From NCBI GenBank assembly GCA_963662315.1, contig OY759353.1, forward strand, positions 864,001-928,000: a stretch of DNA of 64,000 nt, written 5' to 3'. Every line of letters begins with the position of its first letter. Position 1 is the first letter of the stretch. This DNA comes from Geopsychrobacteraceae bacterium (GTDB lineage Bacteria; Desulfobacterota; Desulfuromonadia; Desulfuromonadales; Geopsychrobacteraceae). Of this stretch, positions 1-8,498 are shown piece after piece. The position numbers and the translations under genes were made by a program. Below the pieces are notes generated by a model. That model saw only the letters and a program-made list of their open reading frames with translations, was not told where the DNA came from and made no database searches.

Positions 1-43
1 GCCAGATCTTCATTCCGACAAAAACAAGTTCAGAATTGGTCAT
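1..43 (-). CDS. Possible 5' end of a gene running off the left edge (MTNSELVFVGMKIW...), product unknown
   Basis: ATG at 43-41 preceded by purine-rich GGGTGAGCGTAGGTG; frame open to the window edge; only 14 codons visible. Confidence 0.3.
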   Translation of the reverse strand, partial: MTNSELVFVGMKIW

Positions 44-111
44 CACCTACGCTCACCCTTGATATGGTCTACGTCACCATCGACACGGACATTTTCCAAA
101 TATTTGATCCT

Positions 112-142
112 AAAAAAGAGTGGAGCCATGAAGACTCCACTC
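112..142 (-). terminator. Intrinsic terminator after the TRAP solute-binding gene
   Basis: GAGTGGAG/CTCCACTC stem followed by a T-tract on the minus strand. Confidence 0.75.
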
Positions 143-165
143 ACTCTCTAACATTTCTTTGCTAT

Positions 166-1182
166 TTACTTGTTGCGAACACTGGCAATAGCTGCATTAA
201 AGGCATCGACAATATCCTGCCCGACCTTAGGCGTGTTTTTCTCAATAACCGGCTTTGCAGCAGCACGGATACGATCCATTTCCGCCGGTGCAATGTCATT
301 AACAGCCATCTTGTTTTTTACAAACTCAAGAGATTTTGACATCTGCGCCCGATTAGCCTGACGCTGGAAAATTTTTGCTTCCTGCTCAGCTTCAATAATG
401 ATCTGTTTCTCGGCATCATTCAAGCCATCCCAGGTCTTTTTACTGATCAGGCTTGATTGCGGAGAATAGATATGTTTGGTGAATGAGAAATATTTCTGAA
501 CCTCAAAAAGGCTTGCAAACTGAACATTGGTTACCGGGTTTTCCTGGCCGTCAACAACATGCTGCTCAAGAGCAGAATACACTTCAGGCCAAGGCAAAGG
601 CACTGTGTTACAGCCCAGGGTATTGAAGGTATCAATAAAGACTGGAGACTGAAGAACACGCAGCTTGATGCCGTCAAAGTCTTCAAGCTTGGTGATCGGG
701 CGGACATTGTTGGTCATATTCCGGAAGCCAAGCTCCCAATAGCCAAGGCCGACAAGTTTTTTGGCGGGCAATTTTTCAAACATCATCTTGCCAAAGGGAC
801 CATCAACGACCTGATCGGCTTCGTGTTCGTCATTAAACATGAAGGGGAAATCGAAAACACCAAATTCTGGAGACAGGCCGACCAGCAATCCTGCGTTAAG
901 TACGGTAAAATCTATGGTCCCGCCCTGTAACGCGGATACGGTCTGAAGATCACCGCCCAGCATACCGCTTGGGAATACCTTGACCTTCATTTTGCCGCCA
1001 CTTTTTTGCTCGACAAGATCTGCAAACTTGGAGGCACCTTGCCCCTGAGGATGCTCAATGGTGTTCTGGATAGCGAATTTAAAGGTGTGCTTATTGATAT
1101 CGGCGGCACTACCAACCGCAGGGGTCATAAGCAGAGTTGCAACGGCACAAACAATCAGCTTGGTGATTACGTTTTTCCTCAT
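166..1182 (-). CDS. dctP: TRAP transporter substrate-binding protein (DctP family)
   Basis: Signal peptide; motifs GFRNMTN, KLRV, VVDGQENP typical of DctP. Confidence 0.93.
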   Translation of the reverse strand: MRKNVITKLIVCAVATLLMTPAVGSAADINKHTFKFAIQNTIEHPQGQGASKFADLVEQKSGGKMKVKVFPSGMLGGDLQTVSALQGGTIDFTVLNAGLLVGLSPEFGVFDFPFMFNDEHEADQVVDGPFGKMMFEKLPAKKLVGLGYWELGFRNMTNNVRPITKLEDFDGIKLRVLQSPVFIDTFNTLGCNTVPLPWPEVYSALEQHVVDGQENPVTNVQFASLFEVQKYFSFTKHIYSPQSSLISKKTWDGLNDAEKQIIIEAEQEAKIFQRQANRAQMSKSLEFVKNKMAVNDIAPAEMDRIRAAAKPVIEKNTPKVGQDIVDAFNAAIASVRNK

Positions 1183-1349
1183 TGATTTCTCCTACCTTGT
1201 TTTTAGAAATGACTTTGGTTACGAACAAACAAATACCCCCAGTATTTCGAATTAATCCTGTCTATATGTATAATCGTTTAAACAGCCTCCCTCCTTTTCT
1301 GGAAACAAAACAGGTACACCCAATAGCCAAAGTAGCAACCTCTGCAAAC

Positions 1350-2408
1350 TCAGCTACGTTCAAGTATTTCCAGCGGAGAGACCGTTTGTCCTGTTTCACT
1401 GGATTCAAGCACGGCCAGAGTTGTTGCCAGTGTCAGTAACGCATCGGCAGCATTGATGACCGGCTCTTCCTGCCCCCTAATGACCTGGCAGAAATGCTCC
1501 AACTGAGCGGTAAATGGTGAAAAATATGGCACCTGTTCAGAACGCACCTGTAACGGTTCCCACCAGCCTTTGCTGCTGCCATGGGCATAACTCCACAACT
1601 GCATAGATGGAAAGGCCAAAGACGCCTGTGATCCAAGATAGTGGTAGCAGTTCTGCTGGTTCTGGAAGAATTCGGGGTTTTCTCCGGAAGTCAGTTCATA
1701 GGACCAGGGTGCCGGTGTCGTATCCGAAACAACAGCACTCCCCAAAGCACCACATGCCATTTCGAAATTCATGGCGATGGTGTCCTCAACTTTCCCCTTA
1801 CGCACCAGACGCTTGGTCTTGGCGGTCAGCTCAGCGACACCGCCACAGATGTAGCGCAGGTTGTCGATTTCATGAATCATGTTACACATGACCGGACCAC
1901 CACCCGGCAGGGAGCGCCATTCAGGGATGAAATAGGCATCCCCTTTCATCAGTGCCCAGATAATCGAAATACCAATCAAGTTACCAAGTTCACCGCCCTG
2001 AATGATCTCCCGAGCTCGTTTCACCAAGGGGAAATGACGGCGATGATGCCCGACCAGTAAATGAATGCCGCTTTGCCGCACGGTTTCAACCAGGTCTTTT
2101 CCTTCTTTAAGGGTTGCGGTAACCGGTTTTTCAGTCAGAACATGAATGCCTCGTTTCGCGCACTCACTCCCAACTACAGCATGCATCGGGTTGGGAGTCG
2201 CATCGATAACTCCTTCGACCTCAGCTTGCGCCAACAGTTCTTTGTAATCGGTAAAAAAAGGAATGCCTAATTCATCCGCCAGAGACTTGCGCGACGGATC
2301 GACGTCACACAGAGCGACCAGTTTCCCACTGTTAATATGCTTGGAACCTTCGATGTGCTTGGATGAAATCCAGCCACCTCCGATAAGTCCCAATCTCACC
2401 TTTTCCAT
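1350..2408 (-). CDS. Gfo/Idh/MocA family NAD(P)-dependent oxidoreductase
   Basis: GLIGGGWI Rossmann start, EKP motif, GHHRR, HEID. Confidence 0.92.
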   Translation of the reverse strand: MEKVRLGLIGGGWISSKHIEGSKHINSGKLVALCDVDPSRKSLADELGIPFFTDYKELLAQAEVEGVIDATPNPMHAVVGSECAKRGIHVLTEKPVTATLKEGKDLVETVRQSGIHLLVGHHRRHFPLVKRAREIIQGGELGNLIGISIIWALMKGDAYFIPEWRSLPGGGPVMCNMIHEIDNLRYICGGVAELTAKTKRLVRKGKVEDTIAMNFEMACGALGSAVVSDTTPAPWSYELTSGENPEFFQNQQNCYHYLGSQASLAFPSMQLWSYAHGSSKGWWEPLQVRSEQVPYFSPFTAQLEHFCQVIRGQEEPVINAADALLTLATTLAVLESSETGQTVSPLEILERS

Positions 2409-2443
2409 AATGTGACCTCTTGACCGCTGAATGATTGTTGCTG

Positions 2444-2893
2444 CTATTCACCTTTAAGGATATTGTTGGCGGCAATGATTCCGAGTTGGTATGTGGTCAC
2501 GCCAAAACCGCAAATTTGCCCAACGACAGCCGTAGCGAACACAGATTTATGACGAAATTCTTCGCGGGCATGCACATTAGACATGTGGGTCTCGATAATT
2601 GGCCCTTTGTCTTTGAAAATATTCAGAGCGTCCAAAATTCCGTAGCTGTAGTGGGTCCAGGCCCCGGCATTGATAACGATGGCGTCAATATCACCCATAA
2701 AGGCTTCGTGAATTTTAACGGCCATTTCCCCTTCGATATCACTCTGAAAGCATTCAAGCTCATGACCAAGTTCGTTGGCCCAGGCCGTTGCTTTTTCCTC
2801 GATTCCTTTCAAAGTAATGGTGCCGTAATGTTTAGGATCGCGCTTGCCAAACATTTGGTGATTGATGCCATGCATAAGTAAAATTTTGGCCAT
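2444..2893 (-). CDS. aroQ: Type II 3-dehydroquinate dehydratase
   Basis: HGINHQMFGKRDPKHYG, INAGAWTHYS, ETHMSNVHAREEFRHKS signatures. Confidence 0.92.
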   Translation of the reverse strand: MAKILLMHGINHQMFGKRDPKHYGTITLKGIEEKATAWANELGHELECFQSDIEGEMAVKIHEAFMGDIDAIVINAGAWTHYSYGILDALNIFKDKGPIIETHMSNVHAREEFRHKSVFATAVVGQICGFGVTTYQLGIIAANNILKGE

Positions 2894-2923
2894 AATGTCC
2901 TCCGTAAAAATGAAAATATATTG

Positions 2924-3262
2924 TCAGTCTTCTAAAAATTCTTGTCGCAGCGGGGTCCAGGTATCAACCAGCCGGACATGCGGGGTCAGCATCTTTGTAG
3001 TATGCGGTACCCCACCGGGTACCGCGATCGTGTCTCCGGCCACCAGACGGCAGGATTTATCTTCGATATAGAATTCAACCTCCCCGATAGCCAGGTAAAC
3101 AATCTGTTCATGGGGATGGGAATGATAAGGTTCAGGTTCTGTCCAGGGGCCATCCGTAAAATCCCAGACGGCCATCATCAGCTCTCCGCTATGAATAATG
3201 CGGCGGGTTTTGACTGCAGATTCGTGGACGATCTTGCCATCACATAGTCTGTTGGTATTCAA
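2924..3262 (-). CDS. Cupin domain protein
   Basis: HSHPHEQ metal-binding motif and GDTIAVPGGVPH; TTG start with AAGGAGAG RBS. Confidence 0.88.
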   Translation of the reverse strand: MNTNRLCDGKIVHESAVKTRRIIHSGELMMAVWDFTDGPWTEPEPYHSHPHEQIVYLAIGEVEFYIEDKSCRLVAGDTIAVPGGVPHTTKMLTPHVRLVDTWTPLRQEFLED

Positions 3263-3274
3263 AACACTCTCCTT

Positions 3275-4204
3275 TTATTGCCTGCGCTGGAATTCAATCC
3301 CATTGATGAGGGCCATCAGGGTCTGATTGACCGGGGTCGGGACGCCGTGCTTCGCTCCTTCGCGGACGACTGCTCCATTGATAAAATCAACTTCGCACGG
3401 GGTCCCTCGCTCCACATCCTGCAGGATTGATGTTTTAAAGTCGGCAGGTAAACCTGCAACAGCCTGCAGCAAAACATCTCTCGGAGACTGAACCTCAAGC
3501 TTGATGCCGGCGGCAGCCGCAACCGCAAGGGCTTCAGAAACAGCAGCAATAGCACACTCCTGCACCGCAGCGATCTGCATCAGCGGGCCGTAGGTGAGTC
3601 GGGTGATGCCACAGACGGCTCCCGTAGCCACATTGACCAAAAGTTTCTGCCAGGTCAGGGCGCGTATATCTTGGATAACTTCGGTAGCCAGGCCAGCCTT
3701 TTTAAACATGCCACTGATTTTCAGTGCCCGTTCGGATATCGTACCGTCAAACTCGCCGATCAGGGTTTTCTTCCCCTTAACGCCAATTTTGACTTTACCG
3801 GGGGCTAGCAGGGTACCACCGACATAGGTTTTACCACCCAGAACCCGCCCTTTGCCCAAAACCTCTTCCAGAACCTCTTCATTGCCGAGACCATTTTGCA
3901 GTGACATAGCGAGCGTTTCGGGACCGATCAAGGCTCTGGCCCCTACAATCGCCGCCTTGGTAAAGTTTGATTTCACCAGGACGATAATCAGGTCAACCGG
4001 ACCAACCTGGGCTGCATCGGTATAGACCTTGACCGGAACACTCCGTTCCTGGTCGTCTTCCACAAAAGCCAAACCGTCTTTTGCCATGGCATCGATGTGA
4101 TCGGTCTTCAGGTTCACCAAGGCGACATCGTAACCGGCCTCCGTCAACAGTCCACCATAGGTGCTGCCAAGAGCACCACAACCGAGAATTGCTATCTTTT
4201 TCAT
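3275..4204 (-). CDS. Ketopantoate reductase family (PanE/ApbA-like) 2-oxo-acid reductase
   Basis: GCGALG, LQNGLG, WQKLLVN, SILQD, EVDFINGAVV motifs. Confidence 0.9.
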   Translation of the reverse strand: MKKIAILGCGALGSTYGGLLTEAGYDVALVNLKTDHIDAMAKDGLAFVEDDQERSVPVKVYTDAAQVGPVDLIIVLVKSNFTKAAIVGARALIGPETLAMSLQNGLGNEEVLEEVLGKGRVLGGKTYVGGTLLAPGKVKIGVKGKKTLIGEFDGTISERALKISGMFKKAGLATEVIQDIRALTWQKLLVNVATGAVCGITRLTYGPLMQIAAVQECAIAAVSEALAVAAAAGIKLEVQSPRDVLLQAVAGLPADFKTSILQDVERGTPCEVDFINGAVVREGAKHGVPTPVNQTLMALINGIEFQRRQ

Positions 4205-4264
4205 TGCTTTAAATCGCTTTCCCAGCTACTTCGTGAGCCATCTTTGGCCCCTGAAAAAGCCGCG

Positions 4265-4678
4265 CTACTTTTTAATCACTTCAACAGTTCCGGCCTCTGC
4301 ATCAACCCGAACCCAATCACCGTCACTAATAACAACTGTCGGGTCCTGATCGAAGTCGGTCACACAAGGAATGCGGGCCACAACCGCTCCAAGTGCCGTT
4401 TGCGGGTTGCTGTTACACACAACATAGGCAGCAGGAGCACAACCAGTGAAGCGCAAGGCCTGATGCGCGATGGTCCAGGCTGAAGAACCCGATGCTGTGG
4501 TAAAGACCAGGACTTTTCCCGCGACGTTTTTGCCGAACCATTCATGGTTTAAATCGACAACATCGCCCGTCTTCAGATTGAAGGTTCCGAACCCGCCCAG
4601 TGGCGCTTTAGCAACCAGTGCCTCACCTTCAGCCTTCCCTCCATGAACTTTGCGTCCAGTCAATACGATCTCTTTCAT
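4265..4678 (-). CDS. Aconitase X small (swivel, DUF126) subunit
   Basis: GGKAEGEALV...GKVLVFTTASGSS...GDWVRVD pattern; start placed at ATG 4678, which overlaps the upstream stop (TAATG). Confidence 0.88.
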   Translation of the reverse strand: MKEIVLTGRKVHGGKAEGEALVAKAPLGGFGTFNLKTGDVVDLNHEWFGKNVAGKVLVFTTASGSSAWTIAHQALRFTGCAPAAYVVCNSNPQTALGAVVARIPCVTDFDQDPTVVISDGDWVRVDAEAGTVEVIKK

Positions 4679-5958
4679 TACAGTCCTCCTCGCCATTTGC
4701 CGGTCAAAGCCGCGTCAATACATTCCTCCAGGGTGCCGAACCAGGTATTTTTAAGTCCGGTTGCACCGGGAGCGTAATGAGCCATCTTGGCCGAGTTAGT
4801 AACAAAGACCGTCTCGGGATCAAGGGCCAGTTCCAGACAGCAGGAATCCTGCATGATCACGCCACCAGCTTTTTCGATAGATTTAGTATAGCCCTGGATA
4901 TCGGCCATCGCTTTGATCATGCTGTTGGTGGTCAGGTACAGCTTGGTATGGTTATTAATTTTTTTGCCATCAAGCATCTCGGCAATTTTGCGCAGATACT
5001 CAAGAGTGCAGTGCGGGCAGCCAAGGGCGACAATTTCGACATCGTCTTTCTTGGTACGGTTGAGTTTTTCGTAAGCTTCACGGCGTTCTGCTTCACCAAA
5101 ATTCAACTGATATTTAAGCTTTTTCCCGCCGCTCGCAACCTCAACAGTCGGGGCTTCAGGGGTAATGCCAAGCAGGTGATGCATGACGATGCTCCCTCCC
5201 GAAATGCCCGCAGCGCAGAGCGCCATCAACTTGGTCAGGTCGGGCCGGTCGTTGATATTTTGGTAAATCGGCAGATCAAGTCCGACCTTGCTGGCCACAT
5301 AATAACCAAGCAAGTACCACTCGCGCAGATTGGTCATATCGACCTGCACATCAACCAACACCGAGCCATAGCGGTTTTCATCAAGATGCAATCCCCAGTT
5401 GGGGATTTTTCCGGTGATCGCGGCAGCAAAGGTACTGTGCAACCCTTCAATATTGGTTCGTGAACCGATCACCGAATTGGTATAGGCAATGGCCGACGAC
5501 TCGGTCCAGGCGATATGTTCACCGCGCACCGGGATATTGCCTATCTGATAAGGGGTGCAGGTGGCCAGATGAATCATGCCCACCCTTTTACAATAATCGG
5601 CAAGCTGTTGCAGCAGATCACAATGATCACGGCTCCCTTTCTGAATGTCCGGATAATTCTGATCACGCCAGGTCGCATTCGTTGTGGTAAAGGCTTTAAC
5701 CTTATCAACGACAACCCGTTCGTCACTATCAAGCAAAAAACGTGACGCAATTTCATCAATATCCATTGATGGAACAAGTTGCCGGACAATCGACACATCC
5801 GGAATCGATCCGGGAATGATGGTGACATTGTTCGTATCGACAAAATCCTCAGCACCAAGCCCTTCGGCATATTTGACCAGCAACTCCATCGCTTTCTGAG
5901 TCGCTTTACCCTGCTTGCCTTCCAGCATCGCCAGTTCGTCAGCTTTTAATTTCAACAT
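4678..5958 (-). CDS. Aconitase X large (catalytic, DUF521) subunit
   Basis: ATCTPY, AWTESSAIAYTNSVIGSRTN, LGCPH, DSCC Fe-S ligand motifs. Confidence 0.92.
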   Translation of the reverse strand: MLKLKADELAMLEGKQGKATQKAMELLVKYAEGLGAEDFVDTNNVTIIPGSIPDVSIVRQLVPSMDIDEIASRFLLDSDERVVVDKVKAFTTTNATWRDQNYPDIQKGSRDHCDLLQQLADYCKRVGMIHLATCTPYQIGNIPVRGEHIAWTESSAIAYTNSVIGSRTNIEGLHSTFAAAITGKIPNWGLHLDENRYGSVLVDVQVDMTNLREWYLLGYYVASKVGLDLPIYQNINDRPDLTKLMALCAAGISGGSIVMHHLLGITPEAPTVEVASGGKKLKYQLNFGEAERREAYEKLNRTKKDDVEIVALGCPHCTLEYLRKIAEMLDGKKINNHTKLYLTTNSMIKAMADIQGYTKSIEKAGGVIMQDSCCLELALDPETVFVTNSAKMAHYAPGATGLKNTWFGTLEECIDAALTGKWRGGL

Positions 5959-5988
5959 CTGCGCTTCTCCTTGCCAGTAGAGACCAGC

Positions 5989-6005
5989 CCGATTACCGTA
6001 ATCGG
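5989..6005. promoter_or_regulatory. Perfect palindrome CCGATTAC-C-GTAATCGG, candidate operator
   Basis: 8-bp arms, 1-bp spacer, ~30 bp upstream of the acnX start. Confidence 0.4.
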
Positions 6006-6042
6006 CGCTGTTAGATATCCTTTTACAAGAAACCTATTTTTA

Positions 6043-6077
6043 TTCCAATATGATTATTTGCGTTAATTATATTAGGA
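6043..6077. promoter_or_regulatory. AT-rich imperfect inverted repeat, candidate IclR operator in the divergent promoter region
   Basis: TTCCAATATGATTA ... TAATTATATTAGGA between acnX and iclR. Confidence 0.4.
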
Positions 6078-6183
6078 CGATTGCTTTTTCTCTGATTGTC
6101 GGTTAAGAGTGTCTTTACAGGAGTCAAGCAGCTGTTAGCGGCTACTCTATGAAGTTACTGAATAAAAAATGAGGGAAAGCTAG

Positions 6184-6969
6184 ATGGAACAAGAGGAAAG
6201 ACAGCAAACCAAGGCTCCGCAACTGGTCAACACCGTGGTCACCACAATGGCCATTCTCGAATGTTTTAACAGCCGGGAGACAGAGCTGACCCTGAATCAG
6301 ATCAGCCAGCGTACAGAAAATTTCAAAAGTCGCGTTCATCGTCTTTGTAAAACTCTGATCGCGCTTGGTTATCTCGCCAAAACAGCTCAGAATAACTATC
6401 GTCTCGGGCCTAAGGTCATGGTGCTTGGCAAAGTTTATGAAAAAACCAATTCCCTGAAAGCTATAGCCACTCCGGTCATGGCTGAGTTGTCTCAGCGGAC
6501 CCAACTATCATCGACATTATATGTGCTTGACGGACAGCGCAGCATCTGTCTGGCCCGTGAACTGGGGCCAAGCCGCTTTGCCTATGTCATCAATGAGGGG
6601 GATGTGGAGGAGTTGTATACAACGGCGGCCGGACGAGTTCTGCTGGCTTATTCGCCTGGTAACTTTGCTGAAAAAATCCTGGCCAAGGCTAAACCGGTAC
6701 GGTTTACCCCGACGACCATCACCGATCCGCAAAAAATCATGGATGAGCTTGAATTTGCCAGGACATACGGTTATGCCATCAATGACCAGGAGCGTGAACA
6801 GGGCATTTCCGCTATCAGTGCACCGGTTTTTGATCATGACAATCAGATCAGGGCCTCCCTGGCCATCGTTGGTCTGGCTCATCGTTTTGCCAACGACCAA
6901 CTGGAAACCTTGTGTCAAGAACTGACCAGAGCGACACAACAGATATCTTATCGGCTTGGGGAAGTATAG
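6184..6969 (+). CDS. IclR family transcriptional regulator
   Basis: N-terminal wHTH (KSRVHRL...YRLG), C-terminal TAAGRVLLA, GYAINDQE, ISAPVFD. Confidence 0.93.
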   Translation: MEQEERQQTKAPQLVNTVVTTMAILECFNSRETELTLNQISQRTENFKSRVHRLCKTLIALGYLAKTAQNNYRLGPKVMVLGKVYEKTNSLKAIATPVMAELSQRTQLSSTLYVLDGQRSICLARELGPSRFAYVINEGDVEELYTTAAGRVLLAYSPGNFAEKILAKAKPVRFTPTTITDPQKIMDELEFARTYGYAINDQEREQGISAISAPVFDHDNQIRASLAIVGLAHRFANDQLETLCQELTRATQQISYRLGEV

Positions 6970-6998
6970 ACGGTTTTGGATGAATAATCCGAAAGGTA

Positions 6999-7035
6999 CA
7001 ATCGCCCTCCGTCACGGGGTGCCAGAGGGCGATTG
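6999..7035. terminator. Hairpin between convergent iclR and aroD
   Basis: CAATCGCCCTC ... GAGGGCGATTG 11-bp inverted repeat; no strong U-tract. Confidence 0.5.
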
Positions 7036-7067
7036 CGGATATCAGGGGGGCAGCGTCAAAGTGGCAA

Positions 7068-7829
7068 TCAGACGCTTTTATGAATCAGGTGCAGTGCGGC
7101 GTAAAGATCTTTAACCCCGATCTGTCCTGGTGCCGAAGCTTTCTTTGCCGCGCCAAAGGTCAGACAGGAACCAAACACTTCACACGCCAGGCGGCTGATA
7201 ACACCCTGCCCGGCCATTGACATGGTAATCAGCGGGCGATCAGCGTACTGCTCTTTCATGATTGTCGTTGCTTCCAGCAGCATCAGCACATCCAAAGCAG
7301 ATTTTGGCATAACGGCAATTTTCGGAATATCCGCGCCCATGTCCTGCATTTTGCGCAAGCGGTAGATAATATCATCCTTGGCAGGCGTTTTAGCGAAATC
7401 GTGATTTGAACCGACCACTTTCACGTTGTTACTATGTGCCGCGGCAACAAGCTCAGTAACAATGGCGTCACCAATGAAGATCTCCACATCGATCATATCG
7501 ATATAGCCGCTGGCAGCGATATCAAGATTTAGCTGCAGATACTTTTCTGCAGACATGGCATGGTTGCCGCCCTCATTTTTAGTTCTGAAGGTAAATAGTA
7601 ACGGAACACCATTAAGCGCCGGCACCAGTTCTTTCAGACAATCGATAACCAGGGAGCTGTCCTCAACCCCGTCAAACCAGTCAACCCGCCACTCAACGAC
7701 ATCAACAGGAATATCTTTAAAACTCTTAGCTTCCTCAATGATAGCGGTTTTTGTTTCCGCAACAATAGGAACACAAATTTTCGGGACACCCTCTCCAAAG
7801 ACAACACCTTTTACACTGACAGTCTTCAT
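7068..7829 (-). CDS. aroD: Type I 3-dehydroquinate dehydratase
   Basis: EWRVD, FTFRTKNEGG, SNHDF, ADIPKIAVMP (Schiff-base Lys), SAPGQ. Confidence 0.95.
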   Translation of the reverse strand: MKTVSVKGVVFGEGVPKICVPIVAETKTAIIEEAKSFKDIPVDVVEWRVDWFDGVEDSSLVIDCLKELVPALNGVPLLFTFRTKNEGGNHAMSAEKYLQLNLDIAASGYIDMIDVEIFIGDAIVTELVAAAHSNNVKVVGSNHDFAKTPAKDDIIYRLRKMQDMGADIPKIAVMPKSALDVLMLLEATTIMKEQYADRPLITMSMAGQGVISRLACEVFGSCLTFGAAKKASAPGQIGVKDLYAALHLIHKSV

Positions 7830-8060
7830 TTATATTCTCCGGCTGGAAATAGAATAAAAGAAATGCTCTGGTGAAAAAAGACCGATCCCTGCTCACCACA
7901 TAAACAGATTTCTTTCAGGTTGTAGAAAAGCTGACCACCGCTGTCAATCAAAAACAAGAAAGGACTAAAAACTAATTGCATATAAATGCTCCCTGTTTAT
8001 ATCGATTTAATCAACTCGATTATGCTAAGTTGCTTCAATATGATTTTTCAGGAGTAACAC

Positions 8061-8498
8061 ATGGCAAAAGAAATCACTTTATTCAAACCCTCGACTGCCA
8101 AAGCCCCAAAAATTCCCTTATATAACGATTCAGTCCAAGCAGGTTTTCCAAGTCCTGCGACTGATTACCAAGCCCGATCGCTCGACCTAAATCAACTGTG
8201 TATTAAAAATCCGGTAGCAACATATTTTGTACGAGTCTCTGGAGACTCAATGATAGAAGGTGGGATATTCCCAGACGATGTCCTGGTTGTCGATAGAAGC
8301 TTAGAACCGCGAAACAATGATATTGTGATAGCCGAGATCGATGGAGAATTAATGGTCAAGAAGTTAGAACTATCCCCTACCACTCGTCGGCTTGTCGCAA
8401 TGAATAAGGACTATCCACCGGTTGAGATTCTGGAAGATTCTGATTTGGTTATTTTCGGTGTTGTCACATCATCTATCCATATGTTCAGAAAATTATGA
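8061..8498 (+). CDS. umuD: Pol V autoproteolytic subunit UmuD/RumA-like
   Basis: VQAGFPSPA cleavage site, GDSM catalytic Ser, VKKL catalytic Lys. Confidence 0.93.
   Translation: MAKEITLFKPSTAKAPKIPLYNDSVQAGFPSPATDYQARSLDLNQLCIKNPVATYFVRVSGDSMIEGGIFPDDVLVVDRSLEPRNNDIVIAEIDGELMVKKLELSPTTRRLVAMNKDYPPVEILEDSDLVIFGVVTSSIHMFRKL

Noticed and set aside
4618..5463. Long antisense ORFs (also 15699-16403, 20712-21401, 30430-31200, 41620-42300, 53895-54593)
   Set aside because: Shadow frames opposite well-supported genes, with no motifs.
7830..8060. LexA/SOS box upstream of umuD
   Set aside because: No convincing CTGT-N8-ACAG or other LexA-type palindrome was found by eye.
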